Of a DNA stretch of 64,000 bases, positions 48,817-61,808 are shown in pieces. The notes beneath the pieces were generated by a model. The model saw only the letters and a list, made by a program, of their open reading frames with translations, made no database searches and was not told where the DNA came from. Position 1 is the first letter of the stretch, and each line of letters opens with the position of its first letter. A program made the position numbers and the translations under genes. Source of the stretch: Centroscyllium fabricii (lineage: Eukaryota); the NCBI GenBank assembly GCA_051313645.2, contig JBNRSN020000004.1:14136001-14200000 (forward strand), given 5' to 3'.

Positions 48817-50963
48817 ACATAGAAGAGAGGAGAAGGAGTAGGCCATTCGGCCCCTCGAGCCTGCTCCACCATTCAATGAGATCATGGCTGATCATCCAAA
48901 CTCAGTCCCCTGTCCCTGCCTTCTCCCCATATCCCTTTAGCTCTAAGAAATATATCCAACTCCTTCTTGAATATATTTAATGACTTGGCCTCAACTACAT
49001 TCTGTAGTAGAGAATTCCACATTCTTCCTTGTCTCTGTCCTAAATGAGTCACCCCTTATCCTTAGAATATGACCCCTGGTTCTGGACTCTCCAACCATCG
49101 AGAACATTCTTCCTGCATCTAGTTTGTCCAGACCTGTCAGAATTTTATATGTTTCGATGAGATCCCCTCTTATTCTTCTAAACTCCAGCGAGTATAAGCC
49201 TAATCACATTTATCCACAATAATGTGGATAAATGCGAGGTTATCCACTTTGGGGGAAAAAATAGAAATGCCGACTATTATCTGAATGGCAATAGATTAGG
49301 AGAAAGGGAAGTACAACGAGACCTGGGTGTCCTGGTGCACCGGTCGCTAAGGGTGAGCATGCAGGTGCAGCAGGCGGTTAAGAAGGCAAATGGTATGTTG
49401 GCCTTCATAGCGAGAGGTTTTGAGTACAGGAATAGGGAGGTCTTACTGCAGTTGTACAGGGCCTTGGTGAGACCAAGCCTTGAGTACTGTGTGCAGTTTT
49501 GGTGTCCTTATCTAAGGAAGGACATTCTAGCAATGGAGGGAGTGCAAAGGAGATTCACCAGGCTGATACCTGGGATGGCAGGATTGACGTATGGGGAGAG
49601 ACTGGGTAGACTGGGTTTGTACTCTCTGGAGTTTAGAAGATTGAGAGGGGATCTCATCGAAACGTATAAAATTCTAACTGGTCTGGACAGACTTGATGCA
49701 GGAAGAATGTTCCCGATGGTAGGAGAGTCCAGAACCAGGGGTCATAGTCTAAGGATAAGGGGTGACTCATTTAGGACGGAGATGAGGAGGAATTTCTTCA
49801 GCCAGAGGGTGGTGGGGCTGTGGAATTTGCTGCCCCAGAGAGCTGTGGAAGCTACTACTTTGAATAATTTTAAAACAGAGATAGATAGTTTCCTGGAAGA
49901 AAAGGGAATTAGGGGTTATGGTGAGCGGGCAGGCAAGTGGACGTGAGGATAAGTTCAGATCGGCCATGTGATCTCCTGGACTAGTTTTCGATCGCTTGGA
50001 TGGGTCGGAGAGGAATTTCCCAGATTTTTTCTCCCAAATTGACTACTGGGTTTTTTATCTGGTTTTTCGCCTCTCCCGGGTGATCACATGTGTTTGGGCG
50101 GGGTGGAGAGTTAAAATAAAATTGAGGTTGGGATCAGATCAGCCATGATCTTGTTGAATGGCGGAGCAGGCTCGAGGGGCCGATTGGCCTACTCCTGCTC
50201 CTATTTCTTATGTTCTTATGTTCTTATAATCGACCCAATCTCTCCTCATACATCATTCCTGCCATCCCATGTATCAGCCTTGTGAATCTTTGCTGAACTC
50301 CTTCCATGGCAAGAACATCCTTCCTCAGATAAGGCGACCAAAACTGCACAGACTACTCAAGGTGTGGTCTCACCAAGGCCCTGTACAACTGCAGCAAGAT
50401 ATCCTTGTTCTTGTACTCAAACCCTTTTGCGACGAAGGCCAACATACCATTTGCCTTCTTGACCGCCTGCTGCACCTGCATGCTTACCTTCAGTGACTGG
50501 TGCACAAGGACACCCAGGTCTCGTTGCACTTCCCCTTCTCCCAATCTATTTCCATTCAGATAATAGTCGGCATTTCTGTTTTTGACACCAAAGTGGATAA
50601 CCTCGCATTTTTCCACGTTATATTGCATCTGCTATGCTTCTGCCCAATCACCCAACCTGTCCAAATCATCCTGGAGTTTCTCGGTATCCTCCTCGCAGCA
50701 CACACGCCCACCCAGTTTTGTGTCTTCTGCAAACTTGGAGATATTACATCTAGTTCCTTTATCTAGATCATTAATGTATATTGTGAATAGCTGGGGTCCA
50801 AGGACCGATCCCTGCGGTACCCCACTAGTCACTGCCTGCCACTCGGGGGAAAAAAACCATTAATTCCTACTCTCTGCTTTCTGTCCGCCAACCAGTTCTC
50901 TAGCCAAGTCAATACCTTGCCCCCAATCCCATGTGCCTTAACTTTACACGCTAATCTCTTACA
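48817..50963 (-). mobile_element. CR1 RT fragment split by an antisense CR1
   Basis: ORFs 50353-50832; TSD TAATC (49201-49205 / 50227-50231). Confidence 0.87.
49206..50226 (+). mobile_element. 5'-truncated CR1 with tiny 5' inversion and extended structured 3'UTR
   Basis: ORF 49224-49946; CATTTATCCACA-ATAA-TGTGGATAAATG at the 5' end; module at 49965-50090. Confidence 0.9.
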
Positions 50964-51876
50964 GTAAATCTGCTCTGCGCCCCCTCGAAGGCCTTGATAT
51001 CTTTCAGGTGGGTGTAGCCATCTCGGCAGCTTGAGTGGAGATGGAAGAGGCGTTGGAAGGGTTTCCGCTCCTCTCACACTTGGCTCGCCCAAACGAGATG
51101 TCGTTCTTTTCCACTTGCTGGTTTCCATACGCTGGAAGCTTGAACAGTTTAATCTAATTGGAAACATGGCTCCTGGGTTGTAATTCATAAATAGATGTTG
51201 GCTATTTTTTTTCTTTTTAATTCATAATCAGTGCAGCCCAGAAATCCACTCACTGGCCCCTTGCCTCCCCCACCAGCTGAAAGCCCAGGCATCCTGTAAT
51301 TCCACCTCCATGTTGACGTGTGAACTGATCGGTGCTGCCACTCTTTCTATAGTTGAGACCAAACGTCATGCCAGGACTCATTTCCAACAGGTGGCCATGG
51401 ATGTTTTTGGGGTGAAGGAAGAGGATTTACCTGTTCATGCAGCCAATTTAAACCCTTCGGATCATTGCAAGCCAATACCAGGGGTGAAAATGAGGAAGTT
51501 GAAGATCTGATGCTGAACATTTTCACCAAAGAGGCAACAGTTGCTCTGGGTTATCGGAGAAGCACGTTAAAGTGCGCAATAGTAATGGGTTCAAAGAGCC
51601 TTCTGTGATGCCGCAGTGAATCTATCCAGTAAGAAGCTGAGCCACTGCGAGCAGGAACCACTCAGGCTCAATCCTTACTTCATGCTGTTGGCTGATTTCA
51701 GCCGGTGCAGTGATAGGAGTCCTACAGTGGGCCTCAGTGCCAACTCCCTGTATAGGCTTGTGAACAATGACCACTTGGTACAATTTTCACTGCTGTTCTG
51801 ATGCCACTGAACCCAAGAAGGCATCTGTGACAGAACTGAAATTGTAATGCTGGCCACATGGAACATCATTAAGCAA

Positions 51877-52150
51877 TTGGGGCCTGTGGAACTGTACCCC
51901 AGGGAACTATTGGTGCCTGTGGAACTCTACCCCGTGGAACTATTAGTGCCTGTGGAACTGTACCCCATGGAACTATTGGTGCCTGTGGAACTGTACCCCA
52001 TGGAACTATTGGTGCCTGTGGAACTGTACCCCATGGAACTATTGGTGCCTGTGGAACTGTACCCCATGGAACTATTGGTGCCTGTGGAACTGTACCCCAT
52101 GGAACTATTGGGACAATGTGGAACTGTATCCCATGGAACTATTAGTGCCT
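51877..52150. repeat. 33-bp minisatellite, short array
   Basis: TGTGGAACTGTACCCCATGGAACTATTGGKGCC, about 8 copies. Confidence 0.95.
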
Positions 52151-52549
52151 GGTGGTGTTATGGAGTCTTTTACATTCACCTGAACTGCCTTAATAGATAA
52201 CTGTGGCCTCAGTTTAATGCCTCTCCTGTCACTTGGCCTGTCGCTGGGTGAAGTCCAGAAGCTCTCCGTATTCATTTTTTAAGTCATTCCTCTTTTACCA
52301 GAGAGCAGGACTGTCTTCAACATGAAAGGGAAAAATCAATTTCTATTTTAATTACCACTGGAAAAACCTACTTTTAATTAAATCTCAGTTCAGAGAGCCT
52401 TTGTTTGCTTGCATTTCTCGTTTCCCCGTGCGTTTGACCAGCAGCGAGTGCTGAGGCATTGCTGGTGTTAAAAGAGCCTAGTCCTACTATGAAGTCTAGA
52501 ATGCTAGAGCTGAATGTGTGCTGGCAGCTAGACAGAATCAGAAGTTTAC

Positions 52550-53147
52550 GGCAGAGAATGTGTCCATTCGGCACATTGTGTCTGTGCCGGCCAAAAAAGA
52601 GCTATCCAGCCTAATTCCACTTTCCAGCTCTTGGTCCGTAGCCTTGTAGGTTACGACACTTCAAGTGCATATCCAAGTACCTTTTAAATGCGATGAGGGT
52701 TTCTGCCTCTCCCACCCTTTCAAGCAGTGCGTTTCAGACCCCCCACCACCTTCTGGGTGAAAAAAGTTCTCCTCAACTCCCCTCTAATCCTTCTACCAAT
52801 TAACTTGGTATCTATGCTGCCCAGTTATTGACCTCTCTGCTAAGGGAAATAGGTCCTTCCTCTCCACTCTCTGAGCCCGTCATAATTTTATACACCTCAA
52901 ACAAGTCTCTCCTCGGCCTCTGTTCCAAAAAAACCAACCCTAGCTTATTCAATCTTTCCTCATCACCACATTCGCTAGTCCTGGCAACATCTTATCTGGT
53001 TTTTCGCCTCTCCCGGGTGATCACATGGGTTTGGGCGGGATGGAGAGTCAAAGTAAAATTGAGGTTGGGATCAGATCAGCCATGATCTTGTTGAATGGCG
53101 GGGCGGGCTCGAGGGGCCGATTGGCCGACTCCTGCTCCTATTTCTTA
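52550..53147. mobile_element. CR1 3' fragments (minus 52550-52990; plus 52991-53147)
   Basis: Similarity to 2233-2700 and 50055-50226. Confidence 0.8.
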
Positions 53148-54985
53148 TGAACTGTCCCCCATGGAACTATTGGGGCCTGTGGAACCGTACCCCATGGAAC
53201 TATTGGGGCCTGTGGAACTGTACCCCATGGAACTATTGGTGCCTGTGGAACTGTACCCCATGGAACTATTGGGGCCTGTGGAACTGTACCCCATGGAACT
53301 ATTGGGGCCTGTGGAACTGTACCCCATGGAACTATTGGGGCCTGTGGAACTGTACCCCATGGAACTATTGGGGCCTGTGGAACTGTACCCCATGGAACTA
53401 TTGGGGCCTGTGGAACTGTACCCCATGGAACTATTGGGGCCTGTGGAACTGTACCCCATGGAACTGTGGGGCCTGTGGAACTGTACCCCATGGAACTATT
53501 GGGGCCTGTGGAACTGTACCCCATGGAATTATTGGGGCCTGTGGAACTGTACCCCATGGAACTATTGGTGCCTGTGGAACTGTACCCCATGGAACTATTG
53601 GTGCCTGTGGAACTGTACCCCATGGAATTATTGGGGCCTGTGGAACCGTACCCCATGGAACTATTGGTGCCTGTGGAACTGTACCCCATGGAACTATTGG
53701 TGCCTGTGGAACTGTACCCCAGGGAACTATTGGGGCCTGTGGAACCGTACCCCATGGAACTATTGGTGCCTGTGGAACTGTACCCCATGGAACTATTGGT
53801 GCCTGTGGAACCGTACCCCATGGAACTATTGGTGCCTGTGGAACTGTACCCCATGGAACTATTGGTGCCTGTGGAACCGTACCCCATGGAACTATTGGTG
53901 CCTGTGGAACCATCCCCCATGGAACTATTGGGGACTGTGGAACTGTACCCCATGGAACTATTGGGGCCTGTGGAACTGTACCCCATGGAACTATTGGTGC
54001 CTGTGGAACTGTACCCCATGGAACTATTGGTGCCTGTGGAACCATCCCCCATGGAACTATTGGGGACTGTGGAACTGTACCCCATGGAACTATTGGTGCC
54101 TGTGGAACCGTACCCCATGGAACTATTGGGGACTGTGGAACTGTACCCCACGGAACTATTGGGGCCTGTGGAACTGTACCCCATGGAACTATTGGTGCCT
54201 GTGGAACTGTACCCCATGGAACTATTGGGGTCTGTGGAACTGTACCCCATGGAACTATTGGTGCCTGTGGAACCATCCCCCATGGAACTATTGGGGGCTG
54301 TGGAACCGTACCCCATGAAACTATTGGTGCCTGTGGAACTGTACCCCATGGAACTATTGGTGCCTGTGGAACTGTACCCCATGGAACTATTGGTGCCTGT
54401 GGAACCGTACCCCATGGAACTATTGGGGCCTGTGGAACTGTACCCCATGGAACTATTGGTGCCTGTGGAACTGTACCCCATGGAACTATTGGGGCCTGTG
54501 GAACTGTACCCCATGGAACTATTGGTGACTGTGGAACTGTACCCCATGGAACTATTGGTGCCTGTGGAACTGTACCCCATGGAACTATTGGTGCCTGTGG
54601 AACCGTACCCCATGGAACTATTGGGACAATGTGGAACTGTACCCCATGGAACTATTGGGGCCTGTGGAACTGTACCCCATGGAACTATTGGGACAATGTG
54701 GAACTGTATCCCATGAAACTATTGGTGCCTGTGGAACCGTACCCCATGGAACTATTGGGGACTGTGGAACTGTACCCCATGGAACTATTGGTGCCTGTGG
54801 AACCGTACCCCATGGAACTATTGGGGCCTGTGGGGCCTGTGGAACCGTACCCCATGGAACTATTGGGGACTGTGTAACTGTACCCCATGGAACTATTGGG
54901 GACTGTGGAACTGTACCCCATGGAACTATTAGGACAATGTGGAACTGTACCCCATGGAACTATTGGGTCCTGTGGAACGGTACCC
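53148..54985. repeat. 33-bp minisatellite, about 55 copies
   Basis: 11-aa periodic ORFs (PVELYPMELLG). Confidence 0.97.
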
Positions 54986-55905
54986 TAATGAGCAGTTGGG
55001 CCTCTTCAGGATGTGCGGATAAAGTATCGTGAAGAACCAGGATAAACAATTGGTTTATTAAGAAATGTATTGGTGGCAATTTTAATTACTCGGTGCATCA
55101 CTGGCTAGGCCGACATTTATTGCCCATTCCGAGCTTCCTCGAGAAGGTGGTGGTGAGCCGCCTTCTTGAACCGCTGCAGTCCGTGTGGTGAAGGTGCTGT
55201 TAGGGAGGGAGTTCCAGGATTTTGACCCAGTGACTATGAAGGAACAACAATATATGAACAAGTCAGGTTGACGTGAGAGTTAGTGGTGATGCCAGGATAG
55301 CAGGAACTTGCCGCCTGCTGCCCTTGTCCTTCTAGGTGGTGGAGGTTGCGTGTTTTGGGAGGATTAAGTGCGTGTGCGGAGGGTGAAGTGATTGAGGTTG
55401 TGGCAAGAAGGCAGGTGGGTTGAGATTTAATCAAAGAAAAGGAAGACCCATGGGCTGAACAGACTATGTCTAATCCGAAGCAAAAAATTTGCATTTTCAT
55501 GATATCTGTCTCATGTTTAAAAACAATTACAGGAGGGGGAGGACTGTAATTAACGGACAAGAGTGTGGTTCTGGGTAACTAACTCTGCTCAGTCAGGGTA
55601 TCACTTTCCATTTTTGTACTGCTCTGCAGAGGATAAGGAGAGTGAGTGAGTGAGGCTGACAGTCCATGTGTGAATTGGTTAGTGTGGACATTACTTTGAC
55701 CATGTTTGTATATAATGGAGGTCCTTTTGTGAGGCCCCACTGCCCAGATTGGGAGCTCACTGGCAGTGAGCATCCCAGCAGAGATAAAGCTAGCACAAAC
55801 TGTGGCCCCGCTATTGCGACCCAGGCTCGGGGGGGGGGGGGGCCAGCTTTGCAAAATGAGCCCCATTTCCCCCATGAATGTTTGGGGGGGAGCAACAACA
55901 ACATT

Positions 55906-56771
55906 GGGCCAGAAATTCCAGTGTGCCGGTTTGTGCGGGTGCTAGGACCCTGCGGACACCTATAGCACCGCACCATCATCTCACTTTTTTTACGTCCAGA
56001 CCTTCCTGTTGGCTCCGCCCCGTTCCTGCGCTGCGTGGCAGTCCAGCCACGCTAGGAGCGCAGTATATGCGCTGCCGTCGTGCGTGCGTAGCAGTGATGC
56101 CCCGCCCACAGATCCCTAATTTAAATAAAAAACACCCCCCCTGCTTCACAGTCGGACTTCTGAGAGAGCAGGGACGTGAGGCCGTTATTAGGACCACGCC
56201 CACTGCTGCACCCACAGACTCGGCAGTGAGCACCGCGGCCAGAGCAGCTTTTCAATGTCGGTAAGTCTTAGCGATTTTTTCTCTTAGTTTTTTAAATTAA
56301 GGAAAGAGTTAAAAATTTCTGAACTTTAAATTTAAAAATAAGCGATTTGGAATAGGTATAGCAATTGAAATTCGGATTTAAAAAAAAAAAAAATTAAACT
56401 TTAACAGCCAAATTTAATGATAGCGATCTGGCCACATTACTCCAAAAAATTGATAAATAACTTAAAATTAAAGTTAAAAAAGTCAATTACCTTGTTTAGT
56501 AAGGCACTGCTCTCCCTCACGCACGAGTTACTACTGCTTTTTTCCCGTGCAGCTCCAAGCCCATTTGCCCACAGATGAACGCACAGAATCACACCCAAAA
56601 ACATCGTGATTTTTGGGTGCAATTCTTTTGTGCGTTCCATGCTGAGGCCTCTTCTCCCTCAGCATCGGAAAGCTCCGATCCATGGGCATGCCCCGTGCGA
56701 TCATCGCACGGGGCATATTGGCCCCCCTCCGTGCGGGTGCAGCTGGTGCGAGGCACCCGAATTTCTGGCCC
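55906..56771. mobile_element. Harbinger-like MITE
   Basis: Perfect 13-bp TIR GGGCCAGAAATTC / GAATTTCTGGCCC; flanks ATT/ATC. Confidence 0.75.
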
Positions 56772-56826
56772 ATCATTCAGTCGAAGGTATGAGAGCTGGA
56801 GTGATGCATGTAAACATCGACTGTAT

Positions 56827-57181
56827 TGTGGGGAACGGTAGTTTCCCACGTTAAATACTAAGAAACAGAGGAAAACAGCAGAGCAAATTCAAACAAGTCT
56901 TTATTCAACTCTATCCACGCAGAAGTAACTAGAAAACGGCGCGAAAACGCAAAGCATCGTGGGGCTCTTGAGTGACAGCCCTCCAGACCAGTCAGGGACA
57001 GTAACCGTTGATCTAACTTATCCAATGGGGAAACGGGGGCGGGACCACTCGGGAAATGTGGATTCTGTGTCCCAGAGAGACCGGATTGTCTCTCTTAACT
57101 GGCTACGCTACAGTATCCTTCCACCAGCACCTCCACCACCCCTCGAGAATTAAATCACACCGTCACTTTAATTTCTCAACA
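56827..57181 (-). mobile_element. Possible solo LTR
   Basis: TG...CA ends, minus-strand AATAAA, CCAAT and GC boxes; no TSD seen. Confidence 0.35.
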
Positions 57182-57705
57182 CCAGGAATTGTTTTTTTTG
57201 TCAAAGTATCGCAAGTTTTTGGTCTGAAGATTCTGGGAAGATATCCTGCGTAATATTCCCAGCCTGCGAACCGGACGGAAAGTGTTCTTTTTCAATACTC
57301 AAGTTAATGCGACGAATGGAGGAAAAGAAAAGGAAGATCGTTCAGGCAGAGCTGAGCGGGCATAGACCGATGAGAAGAAGCTGCTTTTTTGAATAGAACA
57401 AGTGGTTTGAAAGCTGGAAATGGTCTTCTCTCTAATCAACACTGTAGCACAAAGTCAGTATTGTTAGAGTGAGTGCCAGAGGCACTGGAAGCTGTGTCAA
57501 TATTTGTCCTGTTGTATAGGCCACACAGAGATGAAGGGGCGAGAGGAGGAATAGGGAATGGCTGGTGTTCCACCTGCTCGTGTTATTGCGAAGACGCCGA
57601 ATAGCAGAACCCACCCACCCCGTAAGGTGCTGCCTCAGCCAGCTTCCCCATATCTGATCGATCTGTCTTTTTGCCAGTTTTCTTTCTCTCTTCCCTCCCC
57701 CACAG

Positions 57706-57729
57706 TTCCAGGGTCGCCGGCAGAACTCG
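57706..57729 (+). CDS. Candidate 24-nt host-gene microexon
   Basis: Long pyrimidine tract plus CACAG acceptor, G|GTGAGC donor, frame-preserving, no stop in any frame, in non-repeat sequence. Confidence 0.45.
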
Positions 57730-58244
57730 GTGAGCTTTTTGACCACGTGTGGCATCGCAGGCGAACCCGATGCCGTCCTCACCTGACATGCAGACGTACA
57801 CGCGTTCCAGCAAAGGGGTCGCTGGATATTGATCTCCGGAGTGGGAATCCTGGCGCTGTATTCATTCCCCTTCCCAACCCCGGCACAGAGACTGCCGAGT
57901 GAGCCCCATCTCCCCCTCCCTCTCTCTCTTCTCCCCCCCCCCCCCTCTCCCTCCCACCACTGCTAACTCAGTGGTCAACCCCTGAGCCCCTGATCTATGT
58001 GACTGATTACTACACAATGTAATGCCTTTACCCACAAGGTCACAGGCACAGCTCTCGCTTTTGTCATGTTCAGCATGAGATGACGTTTGATGGTAACTGT
58101 GACCAATTTCAAATGCGCAGGCTTTGAAGTTACTGTATATTGTACATTGCATTAAGTTTAGACTCCACCATTAGTGGTAATCTACACAATCTTTCCTTAT
58201 TTTGCCTTTTGCTTAAAATCTTATTAACCAATGTACAATCAGTA

Positions 58245-58670
58245 AAGACTGAACAGGCTGGGACTCTTTTCTCTGAGAAGGCTGAGCAGTGACCTAATAA
58301 GCCTTTAAAGTTAAGAAAGGGGTGTGATAGGGTAGACAGAGAGGGTATTTCCAGTGTGTGGGGGGGGGGGGTTCAAAACTAGGGGTCATAACTGTAAGAT
58401 AGTCCGTAATAACCAATTTGATTGAATTTTGCGAGAGGGTGACTAGGTGTGTGGCTGAGGGTAGTGCAGTTGTTGTAGTCTACATGGACTTCAGTAAGGC
58501 TTTTGACAAAGACCCACGTGGGAGACTGGTCAAGAAGGGCAGAGCCCATGAGATCCAGGGCAATTTGGCACATTGGATCCAAAATTGGCTTAGTGGCAGG
58601 AGGCAGAGGGTGATGGTCGAAGGTTGTTTTTGTGACTGGAAGCCTGTGTCCAGTGGGGTACCGCAGGGAT
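58245..58670 (+). mobile_element. CR1 fragments
   Basis: YMDFSKAFDK, GVPQGS. Confidence 0.75.
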
Positions 58671-58889
58671 CACAGAAACACAGAAGATAGGAGCAGGAGT
58701 AGGCCATTCGGCCTTTCGAGCCTGCTCCGCCATTTTGACGAGATCATGGCTGATCATCCAAACCCAGCAGCCTCCTCCTACCCTCTCCCCATATCCCCCG
58801 ACACCCCCAACTCTAAGAACTATATCTCACACACATAATCATGGGCAATTTTTAGTATCTCCAATTCACCTAACCTGCATGTCTTTGGG

Positions 58890-61400
58890 TGGTTTTTGAC
58901 CCCTCTGCTAAGGGAAATGGGTCCTTTCTATCCACTTTATCTCGGCCCCTCAATTTTTTGCACCTCAGTAAGGTCTCCCCTCAGCCTCCTCTGTTCAAAG
59001 GAAAACCGACCCAGCCTATCCAGTCTTTCCTCATAGCTAAGAGTCTCTACTCCCGACAACAATCCTTGTAAATCTCCTCTGTACCCTCTCTAGTGCAATC
59101 ACATCTTTCCTGTAATGTGGTGACCAGAACTGCACGCAGGAATCTAGCGGATGCCTAACTAGTGTTTTTTTACAGTTGAAGCATAACCCCCCCGCTCTTG
59201 TATTCTATGCCACGGCTAATAAAGGCAAGCATTCCGTATGCCTCCTTATCTACCTGGCCTGCTACCTTCAGGGATCTGTGGACATGCACTCCAAGGTCCC
59301 TTTGTTCCTCTACACTACTCAGTGTCCGACCATTTAATGTGTATTCCCTTGCCTTGTTAGCCCTCCCCAAATACATTACCTCACTTCTCCGGATTGAATT
59401 CCATTTGCCACTGTTCTGCCCACCTGACCAGTCCATTGATATTTTCCTGCAGTCTACAGCTTCCTTCTTCAGAATCAACCACACAGCCGATTTTAGTATC
59501 ATCTGCAAACTTCTTAATCATACCCCCTATATTCAAGTCTAGATCACTGATATATACCACAAAAAGCAAGGGACCTAGTACTGAGCCCTGTGGAACCCCA
59601 CTGGAAACAGCCTTCCAGTCACAAAAACACCCATCAACCATAATCCTCTGCTTCCTGTCTCCGAGCCAGTTTTGAATCCAACTTGACACTTTGCCCTGGA
59701 TCCCATGGGTTTTTAACTTTGTGACCAGTCTGCCATGTGGAACCTTATCAAAAGCCTCGCTAAAGTCCATATACACGACATCAAACGCACTGCCCTCATC
59801 TACCCTCCTTGTTACCTCCACAAAAAATGCAATCAAGTTTGTCAGACACGACCTTCCCTCAACAAATCCGTGCAGACTATCCTTGATTAATCCGTGTCTT
59901 TCTAAATGAAGATTTATCCTGTCCTTCAGAATTCTTTCCAATAATTTTCCCACCACCGAGGTTAGGCTGACTGGCCTGTAATTACTTGGTTTATCCTTTT
60001 CTCCCTTTTTAAACAAGGGCACCACATCAGCAGTCCTCCGGCACCACATCTGAAGCCAGAGAGGATTGAAAAATGATGGATTTATCCACTTTTAAAGCTG
60101 CTAAACCCCTTAATACTTCCTCTCTCACTGTTTATTTCATCTAATATTTCACACTCCTTTCCCCCCCCCCCCCCCACCCGATAGCAATGTCTGCTTCACT
60201 CCTTTGTGAAACAGACGCAAAGTATTCATTAAGAACCCTACCGACGTCTCCCGCTTCCACACACAGATTACCCTCATGATCTAACAGGCCCTACTCTTTC
60301 TTTGCAACTGGACCCTGGACTTCCTAACCAACAGACCACAGTCTGTGAAGTTAGGCAACCTCACCTCCCCCCCCCCCCACCCCTTACCCTGAACACGGGG
60401 GGCCCCACAAGGCTGTGTGCTGAGCCCCCTCCTCTACTCCCTCTTTATCCACAACTGTGCGGCCGTCCATGGCTCCAACATGATCATCAAGTGTGCGGAT
60501 GACACCACGGTGGTTGGGCAGATCACCAATAATGATGAGTCAGCCTACAGGGATGTGATTCAGCGCCTTGTGGGATGGTGTACCGACAACAACCTGGCAC
60601 TAAACACCATGAAAACCAAGGAGATCAGAGTGGACTTCCGGAAGACTAAAGGCAGAAGACACACCCCCATCTTCATCCAAGGGGCTGAGGTGGAAAGGGT
60701 GTCCAGCTTCAAGTTCCTCGGGGTCCACATCTCGGAAGACCTTTCCTGGTCACTAAACACATCCTCTCTGATTAAGAAGGCCCAACAGCGCCTGTACTTC
60801 CTAAGGAAGCTGAAAAAGGCCAAGCTGACATCCGGCATCCTCACCAACTTCTACCGCTGCACAATCGAAAGCATACTGACAAACTGCATCACAGTCTGGT
60901 ATGGAAACTGCACCATCTCGGACCGGAAGGCCATGCAGCGGGTAGTCAAAACTGCCCAACGAAACACCGGCACCCAGCTACCATCAATTGAAGGCACCTA
61001 CCTGAAACGCTGCCTACGGAGGTCTCAGAACATTATTAAAGACCCCACACACCCCAGCCATAGTCTGTTCGCCCCCCTGCCCTCCGGGAGACGCTACAGA
61101 TCAATTCGCACCCGCACGACCAGATTCAAGAACAACTTCTTCCCCAGGGCGGTCAGTCTCCTGAACTCTAACAAAAAACTCCAGTATCTGCACACCTGAA
61201 ATGTACTTTATTCTATGAAATTGTATGTAACTTATTTGCACTACTCTTGGGAGCGTCGAGTCTTCGTTTCGTTGTATTGTACCAGTACACTGCAATGACA
61301 ATAAAATTGAATTGAATTCTTTAGTTATCCTCTTCCTCTTAATATATTTTAAAACATCTTTGGATTTTCCTTGATTTTACTTGCCAAGAATTTTTCATGA
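58890..61400 (-). mobile_element. CR1 RT fragment split by Rex1
   Basis: ORFs 59170-60049; TSD TTCTTT around 60304-61316. Confidence 0.87.
60304..61316 (+). mobile_element. Rex1/Babar LINE 3' fragment (RT C-terminus and 3'UTR)
   Basis: LSPLLYSL, KCADDT, FKFLGV, KKAQQRLYFLR, GRRYRS, FFP; tail TGACAATAAAATTGAATTGAA. Confidence 0.92.
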
Positions 61401-61592
61401 TAAGGTGCCACATAAAAGGTTATTGCAAACGTACGAGTTAGGAGCAGGAGTTGGCCACTCGGCCCCTCAAGCCAGCTGCGCCATGCAATAAGATCATGGC
61501 TGATCTGATTACTCCACATTCCCGCCTACCCCCGATAACCTTTCACCTCCTTGCTTATCAAGAATCTATCTACCTCTGCCTTAAAAATATTC

Positions 61593-61808
61593 GCAAGAAG
61601 TCACACAACACCAGGTTATAGTCCAACAGTTTTATTTTAAATCACAAGCTTTCAGAGCTTCTGCCCCTTCGTCAGGTGAAAGAGAGACTGACGAAGGGGC
61701 AGAAGCTCCGAACGCTTGTGATTTAAAATAAAACTGTTGGACTATAACCTGGTGTTGTGTGACTTCTTGCAATTGTCCACCCCAGTCCAACACCAGCACC
61801 TCCACATC
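61593..61808. mobile_element. Short Penelope-derived fold-back with opposed hammerhead motifs
   Basis: About 80-bp inverted arms; near-TSD TTAAAAATATTC / TTAAAAATTTTC. Confidence 0.8.

Noticed and set aside
53095-55032. ORFs up to 576 aa, one resembling ice-nucleation or antifreeze repeats (GYSST)
   Set aside because: The 33-bp minisatellite is open in most frames, so the resemblance is compositional
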